Of a stretch of 64,000 bases of DNA, positions 37,385-62,707 are shown piece by piece (within the stretch, counting starts at the first letter, position 1; each line of letters starts with the position of its first letter). This DNA comes from the human T2T-CHM13v2.0 reference genome, Homo sapiens. Below the pieces are notes generated by a model. It saw only the letters and a program-made list of their open reading frames with translations, was not told where the DNA came from and searched no databases. Position numbers and translations under genes: made by a program. Location: the NCBI RefSeq assembly GCF_009914755.1, contig NC_060934.1. One strand, given 5' to 3'.

Positions 37385-38490
37385 GGGGATGTGAGATCGT
37401 GAAATATATATATTTGGTTTTCCTCCCATTTCATGGCATAGAATTCTTAAAATCCCTGGAATCTCCCAAGTAATAAATGTCTTTTTGTATACTAATGATA
37501 TGACTGGGCTGGCAGTCCTAAGGTGTTTTCAGGATGGGAACTAGTCACCAGAAAGACCGAGGCAGAATTAGACTGTTGGGACTTTCAGCCCACTCCCAAT
37601 CTCCAGGTAGGGGAAAGTGGCAGAAGGTTGATCATCAATGGCCAATGATTTCAGCAATCATGCCTATGTAACGGAGTTTCCACAAAAACCCTAGGCTGGG
37701 TGCGGTGGCTCACGCCTGTAATCCTAGCACTTTGGGAGGCCGAGGCAGGTGCATCACCTGAGGTTAGGAGTTCAAGACCAGCCTGGCCAACATGGTGAAA
37801 CCCCATCTCTACTAAAAATACAAAAATTAGCTGGGCCTGGTGGCGGGCACCTGTAATCCCAGCTACTTGGGAGGCTGAGGCAGGAGAAATCACTTGAACA
37901 CGTGAGGTGGAGGTTGCAGTGAGCCTGAGCCAAGATCATGCCACTGCACTCCAGCCTGGGTGACAGAGCAAGACTCCGACCCAACAACAACAGAAAAAGG
38001 ACTCGGTTTGGGGAGCTTCCAGATAGCTGAACACATGGAGGTTGTTAAAGAGTGGCAGCCCAAAGAGGGCATGGGAGCCCCTTGCCCTTCCCCCACACCT
38101 TGCCCTACACATCTCGTCATCTGCATCCTTTGTAATATCCTTCAAAATAAACCAGGAAACATGTTTTCCTTACTTGTGTGAGTCTGTCAAGCAAAGTAAT
38201 GGAACCCAAAGAGGGGGCCATGGGGATCCTAGGAAGCATGGGTAAACAACCTGTGGCGTGGGAGTGGCATCAGAAGGGGCAGTCTTGTAGGGATGAGCCC
38301 TCATTCTGTGCCTGACACTATCTCCAGGTAGAGTGTTGAGACTGAAGGGGAGGGTGCCCCACTGGTGTCTGCTGTAAAACTGATTGGTTGCTGGTGGGGA
38401 GAAATCCCCGCACATTTCTTGGTGACCAGCGGTCACAGAATTCTTCTGGGTTGATTGTTGTGACGCGAAAGCAGGAGAAAAACCGCTTTT
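37385..38490. mobile_element. LTR element (MER21-like) with Alu insertion at 37694-37990
   Basis: MER21-type segments (ggtcaccagaaagacc..ggcagaattaga..gttgggactttcagcc; gagcttccagatagctgaacacatggagg). Confidence 0.65.
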
Positions 38491-38779
38491 TCTTCAGGAG
38501 GGAAAGGTCAAAAAATCCTTTCCAAAATATACTGAAAGCTATGAAACAGAATTCAGAAGTTCCAGGACTCCTCCAAGTTCATCTACAAACAAGAAAAGGA
38601 AACGTCAAGGAGTGCAGGCTGCAGCACGGGGGGGGCCTCCCTTGCCAGGTGGTGAGGGGCCGACCCACCTCTCCTCCTTTGGGGGACACCTGAAACAGAT
38701 AGCACAATGCCTGGCACACAGCATGTGTTACACACCACAGCCAAACGGCAGGCGTGGGAGCTATGAAATTCCAAGTTGC

Positions 38780-39624
<845 letters not shown>

Positions 39625-41958
39625 TTACCTAAGACATAGCAGTACCATCTCCATCCTATAAACAAATTGGATTACAATTACAGGCCAGTTATGGTTATAT
39701 GCCTACTTCAATAGACAATGTGACTGAGAAAAGAAAAACAGCTTAGTGCAGTTGAGCTATGTGAGGTATGCAGGCCCAGAGAGCCGTGAGTGTGGGACTT
39801 CTGTCATGCCTCCCGCCCCAGATCCATGCTGAGCAGAATTGTTTAGTCATTTTGTTCCTGACTGGCTGCCTTACCCTTATCTTCATGTTCCTGAAATCTA
39901 TGACAACGATGAACAATGTACAGCCAATCAATAGCTTATGTTATTCTGATGTACATTTTTTGTAAACAACTCAGGAACTGCCTTTTTTCCCTTTAAAAAT
40001 CTACTTCCAACTTCTGCTAATGGGGTGTATACTCAGAGCAACCTGAATCCATACACCTGGGCTGCAATCCTCAGGCTTGGCCCAAATCAACTCTCTACTT
40101 ATATTAATTTTGCCTCAGCTTCTTCCTTTTAGGCTGACATACGTGATGTAAGACAGCAGGATTCAGAATGTCTCCCCTCAATCACCTGGTTTTTCTGAGA
40201 GTGGCGCTGGGAACCAGTGTGACACTTTCCATCTTCAGAGGTCTCATGTGGTGTTTTGTGTGAGGTCTCCTGAAATTGGAACTCCCATTCTTTGGCTGAA
40301 CATCTAGATTTTACTTGGACTGTTTTTCAAACTCCCTCTTTCCTTTAAGAGTGAGGGCTTTGCTGTCTTTGGACAAGAGACTGGGGTGAAGAGTTCCGCA
40401 GACAACTGCCTTCTTTCTGCCTCTGCCTCAGGGCCAGGATTTTGGGTCAAGGTTTTTCCACCTCTGCTCATGGCAGAGGTTTGGGATAAAGGACTGGCAG
40501 ATACTGGTGGTTACGTTTTATAGAGCATGCTTTTAAGATTGCAGCTGTTTTCTATCATTTGAAAATCTGGGCTTAGCCTTTCATTTGTGACCAACTCCTG
40601 TTAGTTTCCTACTGAAAAGCACACAGCCCTTTTGCTCCTCCAGATGGGTGTGAGGGTCTGGTCCCCCGTACCCTGCTTGAGCACTCCCGTCCCCTGGCAG
40701 TTAGGGACAGTCCAAGTCACATCACACTTAGACCCTAAACACATTCCCAGCCATTTGTCACTTTTCAGAAGTTAGTAAATTATACAAAATTGGACTTTAC
40801 AATCTGAGCAGTCTTTGTGGAAACATCAGCTGGATGTGTGTGCACTTAGGGGGCACTCTCTTACATTTAGAAAGTGGAGCCGCCTAACACAGGACAGTTG
40901 TGAGCAGCAGTAGCCAAAATGAGCATCCTTTAAGTGTCTAAAATAATTAATCTGTGTACCTAATTGGGGGAAAAGTTGGCTTTAGAACCAGAGAAACTAA
41001 ATGGGAAACGTACTTTATGTTTGTGCTGAAATCTGATGATAAGATTTGAAAACATTCTTTTTCAGAGTTCTACGGTCAGAAGTATAAAAAGCTGATACTT
41101 TGGCTATTGTTTTTTTGGAAGGAAAAAAAAAGCCTTTCTGCTTTTTCCTCTTTTGGATCCTGTTTCTGGGAACTCTTTTCAGTCAACTGAAACTCACCTT
41201 AAAATGTGTTTGATCCCTGTTTGCTTCCTGTCTTGTTGGTATGATTTTTGTGGAGGAAAATACAAAACTTAATTTGCCTGTCAGAAAGCTTAAGATCTTC
41301 CTAAAATGGTTCCTCTGAGACTTGTTCTGTTTCCTTCCACACTTCTACTCCTTCTTTTTGCCATATTTGATACATGAAGAAATCTAGAGGACACTTCTAA
41401 TGACTCTGAGACCCGCTTCGGAACACAGGAAGAGGCAACACTCACCCCCTTCTGGAAGGGTCTTCTGTTTTCAGTACGGAGTCTGAAGAGTTGTGAGTAG
41501 TTTCCTCTCAGGTCTAAAGCTCTGCTCCCTTTTGCATTGCGCTGTCCAATTTCGTGGTTTTCGGGGGCTTTCGGGATTACTTTACACTGTGAGAGAGACC
41601 CTGACTTTTGTGTGTGCAATGGCGGACAAGTCACTGGTGAAAGCTGCAGTTTGGGAAGTGGCTGACTGAATAGTTGTTACTGCAGGATGGCTACTGTTTC
41701 TTTACACATTTAGACAGATGCAGTTTGAACACTTGGAGGTTAGGAGAGTGCTCACCACCAAGTGATAAGATTCCCATATGGGATGGGCTGGTCACAGTGG
41801 GCTGACTGGGCCACTCACCAACCTTGAGGGAATGTCCTTGCAGTGAGAAGCACTGTGGAAGCTCTGCGTGGCAGGTGTTATGGCGTTTCCCTCCTTTGGG
41901 GGACCCAAGATTCAGTCTATTAATAAAAGTGGAATCCTTGATTTTTAAAGATGTAGAT

Positions 41959-42183
41959 CAAGGGTGTCCAATCTTTGGCTTCCCTGGGCCACACTGATCT
42001 TGGGCCACACATAAAATACACTAACACTAATGACAGCTGATGAGATGCTTAAAAAAGAGAGAGAGAAAAGAAAAGAAAAAAAAATCGCAAAAAAAAAAAA
42101 TCTTCATACTGTTTTAAGAACATTTACAAATTTGTGTTGGGCCGCATTCAAAGCCATCCCAGGCCGAGGGTAGGACAGGCTTG
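41959..42183 (+). mobile_element. MER30 hAT DNA transposon inserted in the ERV internal region
   Basis: caagggtgtccaatctttggcttccctgggccacac...ggacaggcttg; near-perfect 8-bp TSD atgtagat/atctagat. Confidence 0.8.
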
Positions 42184-42356
42184 ATCTAGATGCTCTGCCT
42201 TTCATCTGTGCCTGCTTTTCAAATTTAAGTATTAGGCCCTAGAAACTGCAAATGTTTTCTTTTTCCACTCATTAAAGTCAGTAATCTAACCAAGAAACAT
42301 CTAGGTTGGAAGACCACCTATCTAACCAGACTGCTCTCCAATATATGACGTTCTAT

Positions 42357-46765
<4,409 letters not shown>

Positions 46766-48100
46766 GTAAGTACTCTTGAATACAAGTTTCTGATAATTTT
46801 GAAGACCATTATCATTGGAGTAAGTAAAAACTTTCAGAACTCTAATAAACTGTTGTGTTCATGATGATTGCTAACTCTGTATATCAAGCAGAATAAAACT
46901 TAATTACATGGGACTGAAATTACAGATGACTGAAATGATTTTTACGACTTTTTGTTTGAAACATTGCTGATTCTTTTCATGTTTTGTTTTCCCAAGTCGA
47001 GGAAGCTTTTTTCTTTCAAGCTTTTTATAGCTTGTAGCAAATGGGTAAAACATAACTTTATGAGCAAGACTGAAACATTCACCTTACTCTCTACCTTATT
47101 TCTCCAAAATGTATAAACTATTCATGAGTACTCTTATTTTATGACAGTCTAATTATATGCGTTTTAAGTTCAATAAAAACCGGTTTATTGTAACAGGACA
47201 CAATTAAGACACTGGTTATTCTACCGACACTCTTGACTGGAATGGCGTATTTTAAGATATGACCAGACTGGTTTAAAGAACAGAGGTTGACTATGTAGAG
47301 CCAATAAAAAGCCTGTTGGAAAGACTAGCCTGGTACCTTGTTTACATGGCTCCTTTACAAGGTTCCTGATGTGCAGCAAGTAAAACAATCTTACTTTCTG
47401 ACAAGCCCAGGAACCTCAAGATATTTTGCGACCTCAAGAAGAGAGGAATTCACCCAATTCATGTAAGTATTACCAGCATAGTCCTTGGCTTGGCTTCCTA
47501 GCCTTGAGGCTTTATAGTTGAATCCAAAATTCCTTATGAAAGTTCCAGCAAAGACAACTTAAAGAACCTATATGGCCAATCATTATTCTTGTTGCATTTT
47601 ATGCAAATAATCAGCCCAAGTATAATACTAAAACTTATTTTGCAAGTAAGCTGGTCCTCCTAAGATTTATATCTTCAGTAAAAATGGGGACTGGAGAGAG
47701 AAAAAATTATGCTTCATAAGAAAACTATAGTACCCATGTTATTAGATTCCAGCCTTAACCATTGTGTTTGAGTTTTTATTGTTTTCCTACAATTTGGATT
47801 GAATCTCCAATGTAATAGGATTTTTACTATGTATTTTATTGTTTTACCTCTAAGAAAACCAAAAGCATGAAATTCAAAGACTACAGAAGATTTAACAAGC
47901 AATGACAGTTACATAAATCAGTGACTTGACTGAGGGCTGAGAATGAGCCTTCCCAGCACCGTCATACATCATCCCATCATAAAAATCCACTTGTAACTGC
48001 CGCTGAGCAACTTGGTCTATGCTCCTGGGTTGCAATCATCATGCTTGGCCCAAATAAACTCTTCACTCAGCTTCTTCATTTTAGGTCAACACTAACATCA

Positions 48101-48905
<805 letters not shown>

Positions 48906-49095
48906 TCAACTATTAAATATTTAAATAATTAAGTTATTAAACTATTAAGTACAGGGCCTGTATCTCTGATGCTGAACTATGATGTGTGACTTAAGCCCCC
49001 AAATACATCATGTTATTTGGATCCAAGGTGCTGCACAGAACGCTGACCCTCTCTAAGAGCTGGGTATTACTTGCAAAAGGCTTATAAGCATCGGT

Positions 49096-49134
49096 GCATG
49101 GGTCGTTCAGTGGTAGAATTCTCTCCTGCCACGC
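49096..49134 (+). pseudogene. 5'-half tRNA-Gly(GCC) tailless retropseudogene with target-site duplication
   Basis: GCATGGGTCGTTCAGTGGTAGAATTCTCTCCTGCCACGC has 2 mismatches to the tRNA-Gly-GCC 5' half; flanked by the direct repeat GCAAAAGGCTTATAAGCA (49073-49090 and 49133-49150). Confidence 0.9.
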
Positions 49135-50259
49135 AAAAGGCTTATAAGCAAGAAGCTATAAAGTTCCCATTTTCTGTTCTTCCTGTATTGGATGATGTAA
49201 AGCAAACTGTCACCAAGACTCAGTTTCCCAAACAGTAAAACAAGTGTTCTGAAGAATAAATGGGGGGAAAAAAGGGAGGGGGCTTTCAATCCTCTGAATT
49301 ACAAGTCCAATACATTGTTGAGGGTGGGAGTTGTTGCAATTTGCTGTAGTTTCTTAAGAGTGTAAGATAGTGTGAAAGATCCTGACACACACCACAGTTG
49401 CCTGAGGACAGTAAACCAAAGGCCAGGAGAGCTCACAGCAAGTCACATTATCTCTAGTGTGAGTTCCTCTACACAAAGGTGACGGGTATGAACACAGGTG
49501 TTGAAGTTGGATCCAAGACTGCACACAGACTCCTGTGTTAACAGCGTGGACGTTAAAATGAACAACTCTCCCTGAATGCTTTAGGAAGAAAACCATTTAA
49601 TTTACATGAATTTCTCTTAGACTATTTCTCAAAGATGAACTGTAAGCTGCAGTCTGATTACACGATACAAACCGGAGGGTGTTAACCAGAACACCAATTA
49701 GCACCTCCCTATTTGGATTAAGGTTAATGGATTATCTAAAATGACAAAACACTTAATTTTCCTGGAGTAAATATATTTCAATCTTTTAAAAAGCACAGTC
49801 TAATAACTGCTTTAAAAATCTACCTCAAAAAGTTAAAACACTTATTTAAATTATCTAACATACATAAAATTAATGCTTTCACCAATTTCTTTTGATATAC
49901 CACAGCGGAGGGTGCGCCTTAACAGCGACCACAGTAAACTCTGCAATTACAGTGCAACGGGATGCTGGACTTAAAGAGGAGGCTCGTTACAGTCCTAGCT
50001 CTGTCACCAACTAGCCAGCTGTATCTCTAATTAATTTTACCTCATGGGCTTCAGTTTCTGAGTCTTCAGAGATCTAAAATCCTAAGACTGCAACTGCAAT
50101 ATTACACTGTTTTTCTGACAATTATTTTCACAAACTAGTTACCAAATCTCAGTTGACAAAATAACGTAGAACAAAACTCACAGTCTTAGAATATAAACAT
50201 CTTACTTCAAAAGTACTATTTAATTCACACCTAACATTTTATGAATTAAGAATTAATCA

Positions 50260-51106
<847 letters not shown>

Positions 51107-51766
51107 TCATATAATTATCTAACACAATTTGTGGCCATATAACGATTTTGGGAAAACATCTAGTCTACAGTTATTTATGTTGAGCTGTAACTTCATGTGA
51201 TTTCATGAAAAACCTATTCTCAATAACAGAATAAAACTACCACTTCTTTCTTTCCTGTAAGGTTGGCAGGGGGACGCGGGGAGGGGGAGGACTACCACAA
51301 TGACCAACACACTTCCAAAATTCTGAACTTACAGGAAATAGTATGCCAAGAATCTGTGTGGCCTTGCCTGAAAGATAATAAAACTTGTGGTCACTCGGAA
51401 TCCTAAGGCACACTGCAAAAGTTTACTCTTCACTGGAATTTCTCCAGGTCATGGAGATTTTTAAGTGCCTCAATGCTTCTACAGTTTATTTGGCAATTCT
51501 ACATCCCATTTCCAGTCCTTTCATGCTTAGGTTTAACTCTCCTGTACTGAGCCCTAAAGAATAATGATTTCAGCAGAAGAGATTAAATTCATCGGTGTGT
51601 ACAAAGAAATGGGAAGAGCAGGGAAAAACTGAAGGCCACGTGCACACGCAGCAACACTGGTAATACTGCTTCCCATATTCATTCTTTGGTCTTCACTGAC
51701 AGCGTGAAGAAGCAACTATTGCTGATTCATCAGTTACTCATTTTCACAATGGTCAGTACTCCAAGT

Positions 51767-52135
51767 CAGCGGTAACCAATCTTTTTTGGCACCAGGGACT
51801 GACAGGTTTCATGCAAGACAATTTTTCCACAGACAGAGCGGAGGGGTCAGGGGGTGGGGGGTGGTGAGGAGGATGCTTTCAGGATGAAACTGTTCCACCT
51901 CAGATCATCAGGCACTAGATTCTCATAAGGAGCATGCGACCTAGATCCCTTGCATGTGCAGTGCACAGTAGGATTTGAGCTCTTATGAGAATCTAGCGCA
52001 ACTGCTCATCTGAGAGGAGGTGGAGCTCAGGCAGTAATGCTCACTCACCCTGCTGCTCACCTCCTGCTGTGCAGCGCAGTTCCTACCAGGCCATGATGGG
52101 TACGGGTCGGACAACCTGGGAGTTAGGGACCCCTG
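51767..52135 (+). mobile_element. MER1B hAT-Charlie DNA transposon
   Basis: CAG...CTG terminal inverted repeats and a perfect 8-bp TSD CTCCAAGT on both sides. Confidence 0.85.
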
Positions 52136-52204
52136 CTCCAAGTGACCCACTGAAAGGCAACCTGAACTAGCAATTTAGCCTGGTAACAACTGTCAATGGA
52201 GCAA

Positions 52205-54013
<1,809 letters not shown>

Positions 54014-55263
54014 ATATTTTTTAAACATACACGATTATATGTAATACAAATTAAAGGGATTTTAAGGAAGCTGGCTGGTCTCATTTAGACTGGGGCTTGG
54101 CCTTTTCAACTATGAAGAGAGGTGTACACAAGAAGAAAGAGATTCCCTACCTTGCCGCCCAGTAACACCCACATGTGACCACTCCCTGCTTCCACACGAC
54201 TCTGCAAAGCAGAATCATTTAAAAAAGACAATTCTATGACATAAAATCCTCCAGCTGCTTCCCACTGGTCTTAGGATAAAGGGCAAAATAATCAACCTAT
54301 ATGGGACCTCCCAAGCTCTGTAAAATAAAACTCTCCACCTACCTCCCAGCCGCGTTCTCTTCCTTCAGCCTTGTTCACACTAGTTCCTTCAAAGCACTCT
54401 GCACCTTTCCCACTTGGGGCACTACACAGGTAATTCTCTCTGCTGACCTCTCACTCCACCACCATCCCTCCAACCTCGGTGCCACCATCACAACCTCAGG
54501 GAAGCCTTCTGATCCCTCCCATCCAGGCCGGATGTCAGTGCACTGCACTTTCTTATTGGATTATGTGATTGTCCACCTGTCTCAATGGACACCAAACTCC
54601 AAGAGATGGCAATCTATCCCTCTTGTTCACCATACTGGGATCTACTCATCAACTATTTAGCGCATGCTACCTACCAGATATTGTTCTAAGGCTTAGGTTC
54701 ATACTGAGGAGCAAAATATAAATCTTGATCTCATAAGAGTTTACATTCAAGTATGAGAAGACGGGCCATACATAAATTAGTAAGTAAATTATATGGTATG
54801 TTATAGTGTCATAAATACTATGAAAAAAGTACAGCAAGAAGGGGAGACAAGGAGAGTGCAGGGCAGGATACACCATAATATATGTGACTGTTGTAGCAGA
54901 CTATCCAAAGAAGCATGCAGCTGAGAGCCAGCCACTTCCAGAGGCCAGTCTCTATGGCTTTACATAGAACAATGCACTTTCCTATTCCTGCTGGATGACG
55001 GGCCTTACAGAAAAATCCTGTTGCCTTTCATCTTTGCATCCCTAGTGTTCAACTGGTCAGAACACCTGCCACAGGAAGAAAATGAACCCTTTTCTTACCG
55101 TAATCTCAGTGGCCCTCCTTTATGCCAGGCCCTTTAGCAATACTTAACAGAAAATAAAAAATGGAAAAACATCCACTAAAGTTTAAAAGATACATTTTCA
55201 ATATTGCAATTGTTTCATTTTGGGTTAACATGATGTTTTTATTTTAAAGCAAAATAAAGGTAA

Positions 55264-59383
<4,120 letters not shown>

Positions 59384-60859
59384 TCAGTAATAGTGAAAAT
59401 AGCAAAACCAGACAACATTTCCATGTTTGTGTTACAACAGTCCTAAGAAAATGAGATTATCATCATCCCCCTGTTACAATTGAGAAAATGTAGGCAACAC
59501 GAGGGTAACTTCTAATGAATAAGCCATGCCTTTGTTTCATATAAATAAGTCAACTCAACTCACATTAACTTTTCAAAATACCGGATAAAATTTATTTCTA
59601 ACCAATGCAAGTTTCAAAGATAAGTACACAAATTAAATTTATGATTAAATAATAAGCTTGTTAATCTGATGCCTTTCGGAACGCATTTCACTTAGCAAAC
59701 CTCAATTAAGCTATTTCTTATATGGTTTGATTACAAAACTGCCTTTCAGCATATTAAATACAAGGAGAAAAAACTGAAAAGCCACAACGATTTCAACTTC
59801 TGTAAATTACCCTGACTGTAATGAGGGGCGCCAGGCAGGTTGGGGAAGTATGGAAATTGCACACTGCACACACCACCTGACCACCAAGAAAAAAGAGGAC
59901 ACCACTCTTCCCCACTGTGGTCTTCACAAACTACAACTCAGCACCTATTTCAAGTGCATTTAAATATTCAAACAACTGAAACTAAGAGAAAAAAACTTTC
60001 GAAAGGGAAAATAACTTGTCTGTCCCCTTCAATGTTCACCTTGGAGTTGCTCTCATCTCTAGAAAAAGGCCTCACGCATACTGTTTATACTTACAAACTC
60101 CACTGCCCTGTCAAGGAAAACCTTCCTGTTTTCTCAGTTATCCAAAACTTCAAACTTCCAATTTACTATTAAGACAAGTTATTGGGCATCCACTTAGAGA
60201 ATCTCAAACGAAAGCCAGATAGGAGGTAGTTTTCTACAGCTAGGTTTCTCAAGTTTCATCTCAGCCAAGTTTTAAGAACGTTTTACGTAAAAATAAGGGG
60301 AAAAGCAAAATTACATTCGCATGAAGTTTCGACGCACAACGGCACTGAAACGGAAAGACTCTTCACGTTCCCAAGCGCACCCTGAGAGGCAGGTGCAGCA
60401 GCTTTCCGATGGCTTCTCTGCCGCCCATGTATCCCAGCCCCAAGACCAACACAGGCAATCTTCACATCTGACTTTATTTTTTTAACTCCTTCAGATCCAC
60501 CTCTGCTCAAGTCTATCAACAGGAAAACAGGAGCGTTCCAAACACACACCGAGCAACAGGATCCCAACTTCCTGGTTCTAAAGGAATGCGATGCCCTGAT
60601 GACCCGTCCCGCCCCGCACCCGCACGGCCGCCTATCCGGGCTCCGGCGGGACCGAGGAGCGAGTGGCAAGGCTGGCGCCGCACTGCGGGTGCCGGCGCCC
60701 GCCCGGCCTGGGGGCGCTCGCGGCCCGCGACCCCGGCCCCGCCCAGGCCCTGCCCGACCCCCGTCCTCGCCGGCCTTCGCCCAACCCCGGCCTCCCGACC
60801 CTGACCCCGGCCCGGTCTTCCGGGCACCCAGCTCCGTCGACTCCCGCCTCGCCTCAACG

Positions 60860-61090
60860 GGTCCTCCTAAGCCCCGGCCCCGGCCTTCCCCTGCCCCGGC
60901 CTCGGCCATCCTCAGCCCCAGTTTTCCCCTGCCCCGGCCCCGGTCCTCCTCAGCCCCGGCTTTTTCCTGGCCCTGACCCCGGTCCTCCTCAGCCCTGGCC
61001 CTTCCCGTGCCCTAGCCCCGGTCCTCCTCAACCCGGCCCCGGCCTTCCCCTGCCCCGGCCCCGGCCCCGGCCCAGGCCCGGCCCTGCCCG
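60860..61090. repeat. Degenerate CCCCGG(CC)-rich tandem repeat at the 5' end of intron 1
   Basis: Repeated ccccggccc / cggtcctcctcagcccc units. Confidence 0.8.
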
Positions 61091-61195
61091 CCGCGGCCGC
61101 GTCCTCCGGGAAGATGGCGGCGCAGTGACAGGCGGCGCGGCGCGGGTCCGAGCTGGGCCGGGAGGGACCGCCCGCCGCGGCCCAGGGTGCCTCAC

Positions 61196-61470
61196 CTGTC
61201 AGCGCCGCCGCCCCGCCCGACCGGCCGCCCGCGGGCTCCTCGCCTCAACCCCGGGGCCCGGCGGCCGCGCCACACGCGGGGACGGCGAGGAGAGAGACGG
61301 CAGGGAGAGGCGGCGCGGCCGGGCCGGGCCGGGCCGGAGGTAGGGGAGAGGGCGGGCGCGAGCTGGCGGCGGCGGCGGCGGCGGATTCTTCCCCTTTCGG
61401 GCCCGAAAATGTCTCAACCCCGGGACTCCAGATCCCCAACGCTCCTTCCCGTTCGCATGAGAACACACAG
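61196..61470 (-). other. LARP4B: LARP4B non-coding exon 1 (5' end approximate)
   Basis: CAG|gtgagg donor at 61196/61195 inside the CpG island; GC-rich UTR with a (CCG)6 run; ETS sites immediately upstream. Confidence 0.75.
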
Positions 61471-61899
61471 CTCCCACTTCCGGGGCCCTGCGGAAGTCCC
61501 GCCCCCGCGCGGACCCGCGCCTCGCGCCCTGAACTCGCGCACTCACCCGCCGGTCCCGCGGACTGGCGCTCAGCCCCGGGAGAGCCTCACGTCATGGTGT
61601 TGCGGCGCGCTGATTGGGCGCACCCGACGCTCGGCCCGCCCCGCCGCCTTCTTGGCCTCTCCGCGCGTACACCCTGCTCGCGGCCTTGCGATTGGCGCGT
61701 GCGCGCACATCGCCCCGCCCCGCGCACGCCGCACGTCCGCCCCGCCCGCCCCGCCCGCCCCGCCCGCCGTCCCCGGCGCGACCGGAGCGCCTGACGCTGG
61801 GGGGCCGTGTGGGCCCTGACTTCCGGAGGGCTGGGCCCTGGTCCTCCGCCACCGCGTGCGCCCCTTAAAGACCCCTGCCCGCCGCCCAGGACGGATGGC

Positions 61900-62707
61900 G
61901 ACCCCGGCCCTAGCCTGTCCCCAGACCCTGGACCAAGGCCCCGGCCCTGCCCCGAACCCCTCATCCCACCCCCAGGACCCAGGCCCCGACCCTGGCCACC
62001 CAGGACACGCCCTGGCCCTTCCCCGAACTCCCACCCCACAGCTGGGATCAAGGTCCCGGCCCTGCCCGGAACACCTCACCCCACACCCGGGACCCAGGCC
62101 CCGGCCCTGCCCCGAACTCCCACCCCACACCCGGGACCAAGGCCCCGGCCCTGCCCCGAACCCCTCACCCCACCCCCGGGACCAAGGCCCCGGCCCTGCC
62201 CAGAACTCCCACCCCACACCCGGGACCAAGGCCCCGGCCCTGCCCAGAACTCCCACCCCACACCCGGGACCAAGGCCCCGGCCCTGCCCCGAAGGCCCCA
62301 CCGGGGACCCAGGCCCCGGCCCTGCCCCAAACTCCCACCCCACACCCGGGACCAAGGCCCCGGCCCTGCCCCGAACGCCCCACCCGGGACCCAGGCCCCG
62401 GCCCTGCCCCAAACTCCCACCCCACACCCGGGACCAAGGCCCCGGCACTGCCCCGAACGCCCCACCAGGGACCCAGGCCCCAGCCCTGTCCCGAACTCCC
62501 GCCCCACACCTGAGACGAAGGTCCCGGCCCCGAAGTCCCAACCCCACACCCGGGACCAAGGCCCCGGCACTGCCCCGAACCCCCGCCCCACACCCCTAAC
62601 CAAGGCCTCGGCTCAGCCCCGGAATCCCCAACCCCACACCTGGGATCAAGGCCCCGGCCCTTCCCCAAACCCCCAACCCACACCCGGGACCAAAAGGCCC
62701 CGGCCCC
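61900..62707. repeat. GC-rich minisatellite (VNTR), ~44-bp unit CCGGGACCAAGGCCCCGGCCCTGCCCCGAACTCCCACCCCACAC with shorter variants, ~18 copies
   Basis: Direct tandem periodicity is visible; it also produces repetitive Pro/Gly ORFs in several frames. Confidence 0.93.

Larger units (their letters stand above)
60560..61900. promoter_or_regulatory. CpG island / LARP4B promoter, probably bidirectional
   Basis: Very high GC and CpG density. YY1 AAGATGGCGGC at 61111-61121; ETS ACTTCCGG at 61476 and 61819 and CGGAAGT at 61491; CRE-like TCACGTCA at 61587; ATTGG (CCAAT) at 61613 and 61691; NRF1-like GCGTGCGCGCA at ~61697; multiple GC boxes at 61710-61770. Confidence 0.9.

Noticed and set aside
61900-62707. 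CRISPR-like periodicity
   Set aside because: Eukaryotic tandem repeat without unique spacers or cas genes.
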